Positions 9,273 through 19,107 of a stretch of 64,000 bases of DNA are shown in pieces. A program made the translations under genes and the position numbers. This DNA is from Armatimonadota bacterium (lineage in GTDB: Bacteria; Armatimonadota; SYMT01): assembly GCA_041690135.1 (NCBI GenBank), contig JAWLHY010000014.1, positions 78,150 to 142,149 on the forward strand, read 5' to 3'. The notes below the pieces were generated by a model. The model searched no databases. It worked only from the letters and a program-made list of their open reading frames with translations, and was not told the origin of the DNA. Every line of letters begins with the position of its first letter. Position 1 is the first letter of the stretch.

Positions 9273-10163
9273 TCAGCTCTCCACGCTCTCGCCCCCGTTG
9301 GGGTGCAGGATCTGTCCCGCGATGTAGGAGGAGTCCCGGGCCGCCAGGAAGACGTAGCAGGGCGCGACCTCCGCGGGCTGACCGGCGCGACCCATGGGGG
9401 TGTCCTGACCGAACTTCGCCACCTGCTCCGCCGGGAATGTCGACGGGATGAGGGGCGTCCAGATCGGCCCCGGCGCCACGCCGTTCACCCGGATGCCCTT
9501 GGAAGTGAGCATCTGCGCCAGCGAGCGTGTGAATGACACGATCGCGCCTTTGGTGGCGGAGTAGTCCAGCAGGTGACCGCTGCCCCGGTAGGCGGTGACG
9601 GAGGTCGTATTGATGATGCAGGCGCCTTCCTGCAGGTGCGGGAGGGCGGCCAGCGTCATGTGGAAATAGCCGAAGATGTTGGTCCGGAACGTCTGCTCGA
9701 TCTGCCCTGGGGTGATCTCCTCGGGGTCCTGCCGCGGGTGCTGCTCGGCGGCGTTGTTCACCAGGATATCCAAGTGCCCCAGCTCCTTCACCGTCTGTTG
9801 GATCGCCCGCTCGCAGAAGGCCGGGTCGCCCACGTCGCCGGGAAGGAGCACGCACTTGCGGCCCAGCTCTTCCACCCGCTTCCGGGTTGTCTCCGCATCC
9901 CCATGCTCGTTCAGGTAAATGATGGCCACGTCCGCCCCTTCCTTCGCGTAGCAGATCGCCACCGCGCGGCCGATCCCGCTGTCCCCGCCGGTAATCAAGG
10001 CGGCTTTCCCCAGAAGCTTTCCGGCGGCCTGGTACTCGGGGTCGTCGTACAGCGGCTCCGGCGTCATCGCTGCCTCGATGCCCGGCTGGCGCGGCTGGTG
10101 CTGGGGCGGAAACGCCTGCTGTTCTTCCTCTTCTTCCGTCTGCTGAATCGTCTGCTGCGGCAT
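9273..10163 (-). CDS. SDR oxidoreductase (YhdF/YghA general stress type)
   Basis: TGGDSGIG, NNAA, YSATK (YxxxK) and PGPIWTPLI motifs; start at MPQQT. Confidence 0.95.
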   Translation of the reverse strand: MPQQTIQQTEEEEEQQAFPPQHQPRQPGIEAAMTPEPLYDDPEYQAAGKLLGKAALITGGDSGIGRAVAICYAKEGADVAIIYLNEHGDAETTRKRVEELGRKCVLLPGDVGDPAFCERAIQQTVKELGHLDILVNNAAEQHPRQDPEEITPGQIEQTFRTNIFGYFHMTLAALPHLQEGACIINTTSVTAYRGSGHLLDYSATKGAIVSFTRSLAQMLTSKGIRVNGVAPGPIWTPLIPSTFPAEQVAKFGQDTPMGRAGQPAEVAPCYVFLAARDSSYIAGQILHPNGGESVES

Positions 10164-10430
10164 GTTTCTTGCTCCGAAATAGGTGAGCACCGCCTCCGGC
10201 TTCCCTCCGGACCGGAAAGGGGCCGGTCCCGGCCGGCGTTTCTCTCCCCGGAAGAGACAAAGGGGTGCGGTCTCCCTTACCCGGCGGTCCGCGACGGCAA
10301 ACAGGGATTCCGGCAAGCAGGGACTCCTGACACCCGAACCGGATCCAGCTAACATCGAGTGGTGGTCTCACCGGGCTCCGGAGCAGGGAATCAGGAGCGA
10401 AAGGATGAGGCGGAAGGGCGTGACCGAACC

Positions 10431-11042
10431 ATGAGCGTACTCTCGGAACGGCCGTCGGCCGGGATGCCGGAGGACACCGTTTACACTCCGGAGGATCTTC
10501 TGACGCTACCGGGCGCCAAGCATTGCGAGCTGGTGGACGGTCTCCTGGTGGAGAAGGAGATGGGATTCCTGACCGGTTTGATCGCGGAGAAGATCGGTCG
10601 CGCCCTGGGCGAATACGTCGAGCGCCACCAGTTGGGGTGGACTCCCGCTTCGGAGTGCGGTTACCAGTGCTTTCAGGACGCGCCGCGAAAGGTCCGGAAG
10701 CCGGATGCCTCGTTCCTCTCCCTGGAACGGATGCCCGCCCATCAGGTCCGCGAGGGGCACGTTCGCATCGCTCCCGACCTCGCCGTGGAGGTGGTTTCAC
10801 CGGGCGATACCGCCTCGGAAGTGCAGGTCAAGATCGAAGAGTACCTGGCGGCCGGCGTGCGGCTGGTATGGGTGCTTTACCCGGCGACGGCGACCGTCCA
10901 CGTGTACCGCACCAACCGTACCGTCACCTGGCTGCACGAACAGGAAGAGCTTACCGGCGAAGAGGTGATTCCCGGCTTCACCGTCCGTGTCGGCGACCTG
11001 TTCCCCGTCCGGCCCGAGATCCACGTCCTCTCCGACGAGTAA
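10431..11042 (+). CDS. Uma2 family (DUF820) endonuclease
   Basis: ELVDG, RKPD, APDLAVEVVSP and EYLAAGVRLVW motifs. Confidence 0.92.
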   Translation: MSVLSERPSAGMPEDTVYTPEDLLTLPGAKHCELVDGLLVEKEMGFLTGLIAEKIGRALGEYVERHQLGWTPASECGYQCFQDAPRKVRKPDASFLSLERMPAHQVREGHVRIAPDLAVEVVSPGDTASEVQVKIEEYLAAGVRLVWVLYPATATVHVYRTNRTVTWLHEQEELTGEEVIPGFTVRVGDLFPVRPEIHVLSDE

Positions 11043-11046
11043 CGGC

Positions 11047-12450
11047 CTACCCTGATCTCTCGAAATCCGCCGCCGCATCCGGATCATCCAGCAGATCCAG
11101 GACGTCTTCGTCCTCGTAGGGGTCGGCAGCCATCTCCGCCATCCGGGCGCGGACTTCCGGTAGAGTACGATCCGCATGGCGGGCAGCCAGCATCCGCAGG
11201 CGGGGCTCCGCATCCCACAGGCACTCCGTTGCGTACGTGCGGACGAAATGCTCGGGTGCATGGACCAACATCGCGTTCGCGGCATCCCGGCGGGTCCAGG
11301 CATAGGTCGCGGCCTCGAACGCCCGTTCCACCTCCGGCAGGCGCCCCATCTGCGGGAGACGCGCGAGACCCTCTAAGGCGGAGCAGACGTGGTACATCTC
11401 ATCCGCCTCCAGCGCCGGCTCGATAATGGCCAGGAGCCGCTCCCGGTCTTCCGGTTCGGCGTGCGCGGCCAGGATGTGCCGGGCAAGATGGGCCAGCAGG
11501 GGCACGGACGAGGCCAGCCAGCGCCTCGCCGGGGGAAGACTGCGCTCCGGAGGAAAGGCCTCCGCCGACCGGACCAGGTATCCCCAAAAGGATCGGAGTT
11601 GTCCGGAATCGGCTTCCACCAGATGGGCGAAGCTCTCCCAGTCTTCGGGCTGCCCTAGCCCCGCCAGCCCCACGACCGCGAGCACAAAGCGTTGCCGGTC
11701 GGCCGGGTCCAGGTGCTCGCGCAGGAGGCGGCGATGCTCGGGCCGGACCTTCGGGGGAATGAGCCTCCGGCAGATCCAGGCGTTCTCGCGATCGACCCGT
11801 GCGAAGAGCTGTTCGACGGAGAGGTGCTCATAGCCGGCCACGAGTGATTCCCGGCTGGGTCGGAGCGCCCGTTCCACGGCCTGTTCCCGGAACGCCGCAT
11901 CGAGGCTGGGGCAAAGTATCCGCCAGGTGCGCCCCGGCTCCTGGTCCGGTGATAGCGTCCAGTCGAGCTCCGCCAGTTCCTCTCCCGTGGGGAACCGCCG
12001 GAGCAGGATCTCCAGCATACCGCTCCATGCTTCTGGCCGGTCGGTGTCCACCAGTGCTCGGGCGGCCGACTCCCAGTGCCGGCCGTGCGCCAGGTAGCGC
12101 CGCAGCATCGGCAAGGCGTCGAAACGCCCGCGGCGGATCAACTCTTCCAGCGTGTCGAACGGCAGCCACAGCCGCTCGCCGCCCTCACTCGGGTCGTCCT
12201 CGCTTAGAATCTGCTCCAGGGGCGCCAGGTCCGCTTCGAAGTGGATCAGCAGCCTGGCATAATAGCCCGCCCGCTCCTCGAGCTGTTGGTCCCAGCGGGG
12301 ATCGTGCACCACGCACTCCCACACCAGCGGTACGACGAGACCGGCCGGGCGTGCGAGCGCCTCGCGGTAGCCCACGCCCCACCCCCGCTGCAGCTTCCCC
12401 AGCAGTGTCTCACCCGGCGCCAGTCCCCGTGGTTCCCATTCATCCAGCAT
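11047..12450 (-). CDS. Helical (HEAT-like) repeat protein
   Basis: TLLGKLQRG..CVVHDPRWDQQLEERAGYYARL N-terminus resembles an actinobacterial HEAT-repeat family; C-terminal ECLWD motif. Confidence 0.7.
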   Translation of the reverse strand: MLDEWEPRGLAPGETLLGKLQRGWGVGYREALARPAGLVVPLVWECVVHDPRWDQQLEERAGYYARLLIHFEADLAPLEQILSEDDPSEGGERLWLPFDTLEELIRRGRFDALPMLRRYLAHGRHWESAARALVDTDRPEAWSGMLEILLRRFPTGEELAELDWTLSPDQEPGRTWRILCPSLDAAFREQAVERALRPSRESLVAGYEHLSVEQLFARVDRENAWICRRLIPPKVRPEHRRLLREHLDPADRQRFVLAVVGLAGLGQPEDWESFAHLVEADSGQLRSFWGYLVRSAEAFPPERSLPPARRWLASSVPLLAHLARHILAAHAEPEDRERLLAIIEPALEADEMYHVCSALEGLARLPQMGRLPEVERAFEAATYAWTRRDAANAMLVHAPEHFVRTYATECLWDAEPRLRMLAARHADRTLPEVRARMAEMAADPYEDEDVLDLLDDPDAAADFERSG

Positions 12451-12542
12451 CACCCCCCGTACCGGATCCACCGCAACTCCTGCTAAACCCCACTCCCCAG
12501 CGATCACCCACTCGTCTCATTTGGAGATTACTCCCCCGACCA

Positions 12543-12603
12543 CTGAACGCCGGAATGCCGGAACGCCGGAATGCCCGAATGCCTGAACACCAAAACACCT
12601 GAA
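12543..12603. repeat. Degenerate 8-mer tandem repeat (C[C/T]GAA[C/T][G/A]C family)
   Basis: ctgaacgc cggaatgc cggaacgc cggaatgc ccgaatgc ctgaacac; same family at 22171-22213, 36260-36340, 37211-37300 and 61590-61640 (reverse). Confidence 0.8.
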
Positions 12604-12713
12604 AATCGTGGAACTCCCCGCAACGCTCCTCTCGCTGATAGGTTCAACAGGTTAGGTTCGTGCCGGCGGCGGGTTGGTCCGGCGGCCCTGGCGTAAGGAA
12701 GGACATCCAAGTC

Positions 12714-12869
12714 ATGAACCTCGGACCCACCGAGTTGATCATCATTCTGGTCGTAATCCTGGTCCTCTTCGGTGCGAAGAAGGTCCCCGAGCTCGCCAAG
12801 GGACTGGGCCAGGGCCTCAAAGAGTTCAAGAGCGCCGTGAAGGAAACGGAGTCTACGGACAAGGCGTAG
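12714..12869 (+). CDS. tatA: Twin-arginine translocase TatA/TatE subunit
   Basis: [39 protein letters not shown]. Confidence 0.95.
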   Translation: MNLGPTELIIILVVILVLFGAKKVPELAKGLGQGLKEFKSAVKETESTDKA

Positions 12870-12995
12870 TTGTCGTGCCGGATTGCCGTCGAAGGTCATT
12901 CGGTGGGCGCTCGTGCATGTTCGGCGTGAAGCGTGATACGTGAGATTCCGGGCAGCGGTGACGCGCTCGCGAAGCAATCCGGCCGGAGATAACAG

Positions 12996-13033
12996 AAGAG
13001 GGGAGCCGTGCGGCCGCACGGCTCCCCTCTTTT
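12996..13033. terminator. Bidirectional terminator (perfect palindrome)
   Basis: AAGAGGGGAGCCGTGCGGCCGCACGGCTCCCCTCTT plus T-tract, between convergent tatA and the sigma gene. Confidence 0.8.
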
Positions 13034-13217
13034 ATGGCGTATGGTCCGCGACTCAGCGGTCTATGCTATCCGGCGCTCGCCAACTACCCGCGAGCCCATC
13101 CTAACTCCCCGTCTTCGTGGAAGTCATGCCCCAACAACAGCACGGAGCATTCTTCCAGCCTTAACCCCGTGGGGATCAAAGCCGGTTCCGTCAAACCGTA
13201 CCCAACTCCCGTACCGT

Positions 13218-13805
13218 TTAGCAGAATTCCCGCCGGGCCGGCTCCAGGCTGCGGCGCAGGGACTTGAGCGCCCGGCGGAGCTGCCCCGCTACCGCCTGGC
13301 GCGTGGTGCCCCACTCCCGGGCCAGGTCCGCCAGCGAGTGGCCCTGGAAGAAGTGGGCGTAGATCAACTGCTGCTGTGCCGGCCGGAGGGACCCCATGGC
13401 GCGCCGCAGTACGGCCATCTCTTCCGTTCGGCTCATATCCTTCAGGGCGCCTTCGTCGGAGATCATCTCCACCCAGCGGGTATCGCCGTCCCCCTCGCCG
13501 GATTCGCTCAGGGCCTCGTCCAGGCTGAGCGTGCCCCGGCGCTGGTTGTCCGCCTGCATGGCGCCGCGCGTGATGGAACGCTCGATCGCCAGGGCGGCGA
13601 GAGTGGAGAACCGCAGGCCTCGACCGGGGTCGAAAGCGCGCGCCGCGGAGAAGAGACCCAGCAAACCCCACGATACCAGGTCGTCTCGCTCCGCACCTGC
13701 GACCGCGTGGCGGTCCAGGTACCGATTCACACTCCATTCCACGAGGCTGCGGTTTTCATCGACGAGCCGCCGCACCTCGTTCTCGGGTCGTGCAACCATC
13801 GCCAT
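13218..13805 (-). CDS. sigma70-family sigma factor (group 3-like region 2, short)
   Basis: DDLVSWGLLGL.SAARAFDPGRGLRFST region 2; SLDE; region 4 HTH SLADLAREWGTTRQAV. Confidence 0.88.
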   Translation of the reverse strand: MAMVARPENEVRRLVDENRSLVEWSVNRYLDRHAVAGAERDDLVSWGLLGLFSAARAFDPGRGLRFSTLAALAIERSITRGAMQADNQRRGTLSLDEALSESGEGDGDTRWVEMISDEGALKDMSRTEEMAVLRRAMGSLRPAQQQLIYAHFFQGHSLADLAREWGTTRQAVAGQLRRALKSLRRSLEPARREFC

Positions 13806-13828
13806 TTTCTTGACCTCAATCTGCTCCG

Positions 13829-14494
13829 CTATCGGACGCGGATTCCGTCCAGCGCCAGCCGGAGGACCCGCACCTGGTTATCGGCTAACGTGCCGCTTAC
13901 GAATCCATAGGCCCAGGTGAGCGTCGCCTGGAACTGCAGCCCCATGAGGAACCCCGCCAGCTCGCAGGGATCCACATCGTTGCGGAACTCTCCACTCTGC
14001 TGGCCCACCACTACCCAGGACTCGAACAGCGCGAACAACTTCCGCCGGTGCTCCGGCAGCTCACCCGGTTGCATGCATGCGAGGGAGCGGGTCAGCAGCG
14101 TCCGGCACTGGTCCGGGTCGTAACCCGGTAGGTCCGCCAGGAGCCGCGAGGCCTGTTCCAACCGCTCGCCCATCGTCGGACCGCAGATCCGGCCATCCTG
14201 GACGGCTTCCTCCAGCATCTCGATCTGGAGCTCGCCGATCCCCTGGCACAGGCTCTCCTTCGTGGCGAAGTAGTTGAAAACGGTTCCCCGCGCCACGTCG
14301 GCCCGATCCGCGATCTCTTCCACCGTCACCGCTTCCATCCCGCGCTCTGCGAACAACTCCAGGGCCGCGTTCAGGATCTTTCTCCGCGTCTCCCGCGCCC
14401 GCCGCTCCCTGCGTCCTTCCTTGGGAACGTCGGGCGGGCAAACGTCGGAGGGTGAGGTATCCGGTACCGCTTCCAGGTCGACTGGCAAACTCAT
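13829..14494 (-). CDS. TetR/AcrR family transcriptional regulator
   Basis: ILNAALELFAERG..TVEEIA.RADVARGTVFNYFATKESL; start may extend to 14602. Confidence 0.93.
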   Translation of the reverse strand: MSLPVDLEAVPDTSPSDVCPPDVPKEGRRERRARETRRKILNAALELFAERGMEAVTVEEIADRADVARGTVFNYFATKESLCQGIGELQIEMLEEAVQDGRICGPTMGERLEQASRLLADLPGYDPDQCRTLLTRSLACMQPGELPEHRRKLFALFESWVVVGQQSGEFRNDVDPCELAGFLMGLQFQATLTWAYGFVSGTLADNQVRVLRLALDGIRVR

Positions 14495-14600
14495 TCGGCT
14501 GGTGCTCTCCTCAATCCGTATGGTCAGGGTTTTACCTGCGTTTAAACTTGATCTGGGGTCTTGGCCTGGCCTGCAGCCAGGATTAGCTGGCAGTCTAGAC

Positions 14601-14642
14601 ATGACCCACAGTCATTATACGACGCGCGTACAGGAACGTCAC
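14601..14642 (-). promoter_or_regulatory. sigma70 promoter with overlapping palindromic operator (likely TetR site)
   Basis: Minus strand GTGACG-N17-TATAAT (14642-14614); ATGAC-N5-GTCAT at 14601-14615 overlaps the -10/+1 region. Confidence 0.65.
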
Positions 14643-14918
14643 CGCTTTCTTGAACGCTAGTCTAAGAATTCTGGTTCCGGTATCCGCGGGCGTGCACGGA
14701 CGACCTCCAACCGGACAAACTCCTGGGTGGACACTTTCCCCGGAGCCATGGCAAAACCAAGGGCGAGGCGAGAGTCTGACCCCTTCCACGGCTGATCCCC
14801 TCATCCCGTGATTCCGACTTTCGAGTACGGTGACTTCGGCGAACCGCGCCCGCCGCCCGGGTACACCGGTCGGGAACCGCCCGGAGTAACAAAGATTTCT
14901 GAAGGCCAGGAGGCTACT

Positions 14919-15932
14919 GTGAACCTGCTTGTAACCGGCGGCGCCGGCTTCATCGGCTCCAACTTCGTCCGCTATTGGTTGGAGCGCTACCCCGAGGACC
15001 GGGTGCTGAACCTGGACCTTCTTACCTACGCGGGCAACCTGCCGAACCTCGACGACGTGGTGGAGCGCTACTCCGACCGCTACAGCTTCGTGCGGGGCGA
15101 CATCGGCAACGTCGACCTGATCGAGCACCTGCTGACGGAGCACCGGATCGACACCGTGGTCAACTTCGCCGCGGAAAGCCACAACAGCCGCGCCATCCTT
15201 GATCCAGCGTCCTTCTTCCGCACCAACGTGCTCGGCACCCAGGGCCTGATGGAGGCCTGCCGCCGCGCGAAGACTCCGCGCGTGCACCATGTCAGTACAT
15301 GTGAGGTGTTCGGCGACCTCGACCTGGATAGCCCGGACAGCTTCAGCGAGGAGCACCCCTACCGGCCCCGCACTCCCTACAACGCGGCGAAGGCCGGCGG
15401 CGATTTCGTGGTCCGCAGCTACCACGAGACGTTCCACCTCCCGGTGACGATCTCCACCTGCGCCAACAACTACGGCCCCTACCAGTTCCCCGAAAAGCTG
15501 ATCCCGCTCTTCACCACCAACGCCATCGACGGCCTCCCGCTGCCCCTCTACAAGAGCAGCCAGAACCGGCGCGAGTGGCTCTTCGTGACGGACCACTGCA
15601 AGGCGATCGACCTCATCCTCCGGCGCGGCCGCATCGGCGAGCTGTACAACATCGGCAGCGGCGTCGAGAAGAGCGTCGAGGAGATCACCGACACCATTCT
15701 CAAGAACCTGGGCCAGGATGAAAGCCTGAAGACCTACGTCCCCGACCGCCCCGGCCACGACCGCCGCTACCTGCTCAACAGCACCAAGATCCGGACGGAG
15801 CTGGGCTGGGAAGAGGAGATCGGCTACGAGGAAGGCATGCGCCAGACGGTCCGGTGGTACGTGGAGAACCCCGGCTGGTGGCGGCCCCTCAAGGAGCGCC
15901 TCGCCGTGAAGGAAGGCGCCTGGAAGGCGTAG
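14919..15932 (+). CDS. rfbB: dTDP-glucose 4,6-dehydratase
   Basis: TGGAGFIGSNF, DLLTYAGN, AAESH, YNAAK, NNYGPYQFPEKLIP and DRPGHDRRY motifs; GTG start after AGGAGG. Confidence 0.95.
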   Translation: MNLLVTGGAGFIGSNFVRYWLERYPEDRVLNLDLLTYAGNLPNLDDVVERYSDRYSFVRGDIGNVDLIEHLLTEHRIDTVVNFAAESHNSRAILDPASFFRTNVLGTQGLMEACRRAKTPRVHHVSTCEVFGDLDLDSPDSFSEEHPYRPRTPYNAAKAGGDFVVRSYHETFHLPVTISTCANNYGPYQFPEKLIPLFTTNAIDGLPLPLYKSSQNRREWLFVTDHCKAIDLILRRGRIGELYNIGSGVEKSVEEITDTILKNLGQDESLKTYVPDRPGHDRRYLLNSTKIRTELGWEEEIGYEEGMRQTVRWYVENPGWWRPLKERLAVKEGAWKA

Positions 15933-16096
15933 ACGGCAGTCCAGACTCCGTCAAACCGGTGGCGGTAGAGGCCCCGGCTCACGGTGCGCCAGCGGTGGCT
16001 GCGTATTGCGTGCCGCGCATTGCGTAACTCCGAACCCCCTCACGCCGTAAGGCTGTGCGAGAGGCGGAACGCTGCGCTGAACAGCGGTTGAGCATG

Positions 16097-16144
16097 AAGA
16101 AGGTCCGAGATCGGTGGTCTTCGCCACTGATCTCGGACCTTCTT
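16097..16144. terminator. Long bidirectional hairpin
   Basis: AAGAAGGTCCGAGATCGGTGG-tcttcg-CCACTGATCTCGGACCTTCTT between convergent genes. Confidence 0.75.
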
Positions 16145-16325
16145 GCTACGGCAAGGACCCGAGCGAGTGCAGGGTTAAGTCCTTCAAGGGCGGCGCGGAG
16201 ACTCTCCCCCTACAAATGAATGGATGGAAGTACGGCCCGAGACTTCCATACCCCCGTACGCCCCAATCTTTTTCTCTTTGCGGCCCTTTGCGCTCCTCAG
16301 CGTCTTTGCGGTGAGCCCGGGCAGC

Positions 16326-18398
16326 CTATCGTTCCACGATGAAGCCGTGGTACCGCCCCATCCAGTAGGGCAATAACCACGCAGAGCCGTCCTCTTCGGT
16401 GTGCCCCTCCGGGCTGCCGCCGTCGCACTGGTAGGGGTTGCCGTTCCACTTCATCAGGCGGCGCTCGCTGGGGGGTAGGGCGCGGGTTGCCTGGGTGCGT
16501 GCCCGGCCTTCGCCGCGGCGGACCAGCATCTCCACGTCGTGTCGGTGGCTGCCGCGGACCTGCCAGTTGATCAGCTCCCAGGGCCACTCCTGAAGGGCCG
16601 CCACAGAGATCTCCACGTCGCACGGCCGGCCGGTGAGGGCGCCGAACACAAAGTTGAAGAACGGGCTCGCTTCCGGACGTTCGATCCGCCAGCTCCGGTC
16701 GAGGCTCTGCAGCAGCACCCGGCGGGTGTCCGGGTCGCGCTCCAGGGTGAGGAGCGTGTAGTACATCATGAACGCCATCTCGTCGTCGGAGTGGTTCACG
16801 TCCCACCACGGCTCGGCGACCTTCTGTGTCACGGTGTTCAGCAGGTAGTGGTGCTTCTCGATCAACTCCCGGTACTTCTCCCGGTAGCGGGGATGACCCA
16901 CGAGGTGCTCGGCGATCTTGAGGTAGGAGAGGATCGACAGCGAGTTCAGGCCGCGCTCCTCCCACCAGAGCGGGTCGTCGTTGATGTACTTCGGGTGGTA
17001 GACGCCCCAGCGCGTCTTCCGGCCGGTGGGGCCCACCAGAGTCAGGTCGTTGCGCAGCAGGTTGTCGGTCACGGCTTCCACAGTGGCGCGGATCTGTTCC
17101 TTCTCCGCCGCGTCCGCCACCAGGTCGTGGTAGACCATCCAGGCGAAGTAGTGCCCGTCCAGCTCGTCGGAGGAGGTGTCCCCCTTACAGAGGACATTCG
17201 GATCGACCGGTGAGGGGAACCAGATCTTGTCTTGCTCGCCGGGGATGCGGACCGTCTCCTCCGCGTTGTATCCCTCCACGTCCCGCCCGATCTTCTCCTT
17301 GCTGCGGTCGATGACCGCGCGGGCCGGGAAGCCGGGAACGCCCGTGTACCGGACCAGATCCAGCATCGCCAGCATCGACTTCCGGGCCGCCGCGCGCGCC
17401 GCGGGGTCCTTCGTCGCGCCGTACCGGAACGCCTGCGCTCCCACGTAAATCGCCGTCCACAGGCCGTCGTTGTCGCTGGCCTCGTAAACCACCCCGCCGC
17501 TCGGGTCGCCGGGGACCTTCAGCCGGCTCTCCGTGACGTAGCCGCGCCGGTTGTGCCGCGCGTCGGTGATCTCCTGGTAGTGGGCCGCCTTCCGCGCCAG
17601 CGTCATCGGAGCGTCGTAGAGACGCGCCACCCCGCCCTCCGTGCCGACCCATGCCGCGCCTTCGGAGCCGATCACGATGCTGTTCACCCGGTTGTGCGGC
17701 AGGTAGCGCGGCCCCCAGTAGTACTGCCAGCCCCGGTTCTCCCGGTAACGGCACACGCCCTCGGTGGTTCCCGCCCATAGGGAGCCGTCCGGACCGAATG
17801 CCAGGCAGGTCACGTCCTCGTACGGCATCCCGCTCTCGCGGTCCAGTGGCTGCCAGAAGTCCTTGCCGTCCGTGGCGAAGATCCCTACGTCGCTGCCCAA
17901 CCAGAGGATCCGGTTGCTGTCCAGAGCCATACAGGTGAGCTGCGCGTCGATGTTGACGGGGGTCTGCCGGGTCAGGTAGCGCTGGGGCGGCGTAACTGGA
18001 GCATACTTCCCCTCCCGCTTCTGGAACAGCCCCTGGTCGGTGAGCACCCACTCGAAGGTCCCCCCCAGCTTCCCCTCGAGCCCGAGGATCTTCGTCCCCT
18101 CCGGCAGGCCGATGGGATCGATGAAGGGGGAGACCTTGGAGATGGGCGGCTTCCACTCGAACCGGGTCCAGCGCCCCTTCTCCAGGGTCAGCATGCGATC
18201 CTTCGCCATCGCCACGATCCGCTGATCGATCCGGCCCACCTGCACGCGGCCCGCGGGCAGCCCGTGACGGGTGGTATAGCGGTCCGCCATTCGCTGCGGA
18301 AAGCTTTCGACGGTCAGTCCCATCGTACGCGGGCCCGCCGGGTACGCGATCCCCGGCAGCATGAAACAGAGGAACAGTAGAAGGAGATGCGGGCGCAT
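16326..18398 (-). CDS. Secreted protein: beta-propeller (two-component regulator propeller-like) plus a helical, possibly glycosidase-like domain
   Basis: Signal peptide; repeats like DGSLWAGTTEGV; SDNDGLWT and KGDTSSDELDGHYF motifs. Confidence 0.75.
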   Translation of the reverse strand: MRPHLLLLFLCFMLPGIAYPAGPRTMGLTVESFPQRMADRYTTRHGLPAGRVQVGRIDQRIVAMAKDRMLTLEKGRWTRFEWKPPISKVSPFIDPIGLPEGTKILGLEGKLGGTFEWVLTDQGLFQKREGKYAPVTPPQRYLTRQTPVNIDAQLTCMALDSNRILWLGSDVGIFATDGKDFWQPLDRESGMPYEDVTCLAFGPDGSLWAGTTEGVCRYRENRGWQYYWGPRYLPHNRVNSIVIGSEGAAWVGTEGGVARLYDAPMTLARKAAHYQEITDARHNRRGYVTESRLKVPGDPSGGVVYEASDNDGLWTAIYVGAQAFRYGATKDPAARAAARKSMLAMLDLVRYTGVPGFPARAVIDRSKEKIGRDVEGYNAEETVRIPGEQDKIWFPSPVDPNVLCKGDTSSDELDGHYFAWMVYHDLVADAAEKEQIRATVEAVTDNLLRNDLTLVGPTGRKTRWGVYHPKYINDDPLWWEERGLNSLSILSYLKIAEHLVGHPRYREKYRELIEKHHYLLNTVTQKVAEPWWDVNHSDDEMAFMMYYTLLTLERDPDTRRVLLQSLDRSWRIERPEASPFFNFVFGALTGRPCDVEISVAALQEWPWELINWQVRGSHRHDVEMLVRRGEGRARTQATRALPPSERRLMKWNGNPYQCDGGSPEGHTEEDGSAWLLPYWMGRYHGFIVER

Positions 18399-18524
18399 GG
18401 ATGTGGCTCCACGGTAGTCGCTCGAGTTCGGAACACGGCCGATCAATCGGTGTTATGCCGTTCGCATCCCCTCGGCCCCTTCCCTCTTCGATGGGCAAGT
18501 TCCGGAAGGGCCTCTAGGCAGCCC

Positions 18525-18612
18525 AGGAGGGGCGACCGGATAGTAGCCGGGGGTGTAAACCCCCGGTGTAAGTGCCAGGTATCGAAAAAGCCCTGGAAGG
18601 GCGGCAGAGAGC
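18525..18612. repeat. REP-like palindrome cluster
   Basis: GCCC-agga-GGGGCGAC; CCGGGGGT-gtaa-ACCCCCGG; GCCCT-gga-AGGGCGGC. Confidence 0.6.
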
Positions 18613-19107
18613 ACCCCCGATGGAAGACTGAATCAGCCTCCGGGAACACGACCTTCTTTCTACATTGGCCAGCCCATTGGTGAGCATGGATGCGTGCCAA
18701 GTATAATAAACCTAACAGGGGCTGAACATGACGCGCACGCTCATGAGTATTCCGGCTGCGGCTTGCCACTTTTGATGGCCGGTTGGTGGCTGCCGGCCCT
18801 GACCTCAATCAGGTTATCGAAACAGCGCGGCAAGCGCTGGGCAGTGCGGACGCTCTGCTGCATTACCAGCCGCAGCGATCCGAATGACCTTCCCATTTGC
18901 CGTCCCGAGTTATCCCATTTCGCGTTTTCGCTCTTTCGCGATTTCGCGTTAGCCCGCGCAGCGCCGAAAACTGTCCCCAGGATGGAACCCAACGATGTGG
19001 AACCACTCTGTGATCGCTGGGGTCACTGTAGCGTAGGCCCGGTCGCCCGCTCGGCTCCCGACCTCGCCTCTCTTCTCCCGGCAGTACTGGACCCAGGGAA
19101 CTACCCC

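Noticed and set aside
13034-13215. ncRNA between the sigma gene and its terminator
   Set aside because: Only short hairpins; the TTGACG at ~13190 has no correctly spaced -10 element.
18525-18810. IS200/RAYT transposase beside the REP cluster
   Set aside because: No HUH transposase motif found in the ORFs overlapping this stretch.
18694-19107. N-terminal extension of the 1077-aa ORF
   Set aside because: It crosses a dispersed TTTCGCG repeat and does not look like protein; the signal peptide begins at ATG 19108.
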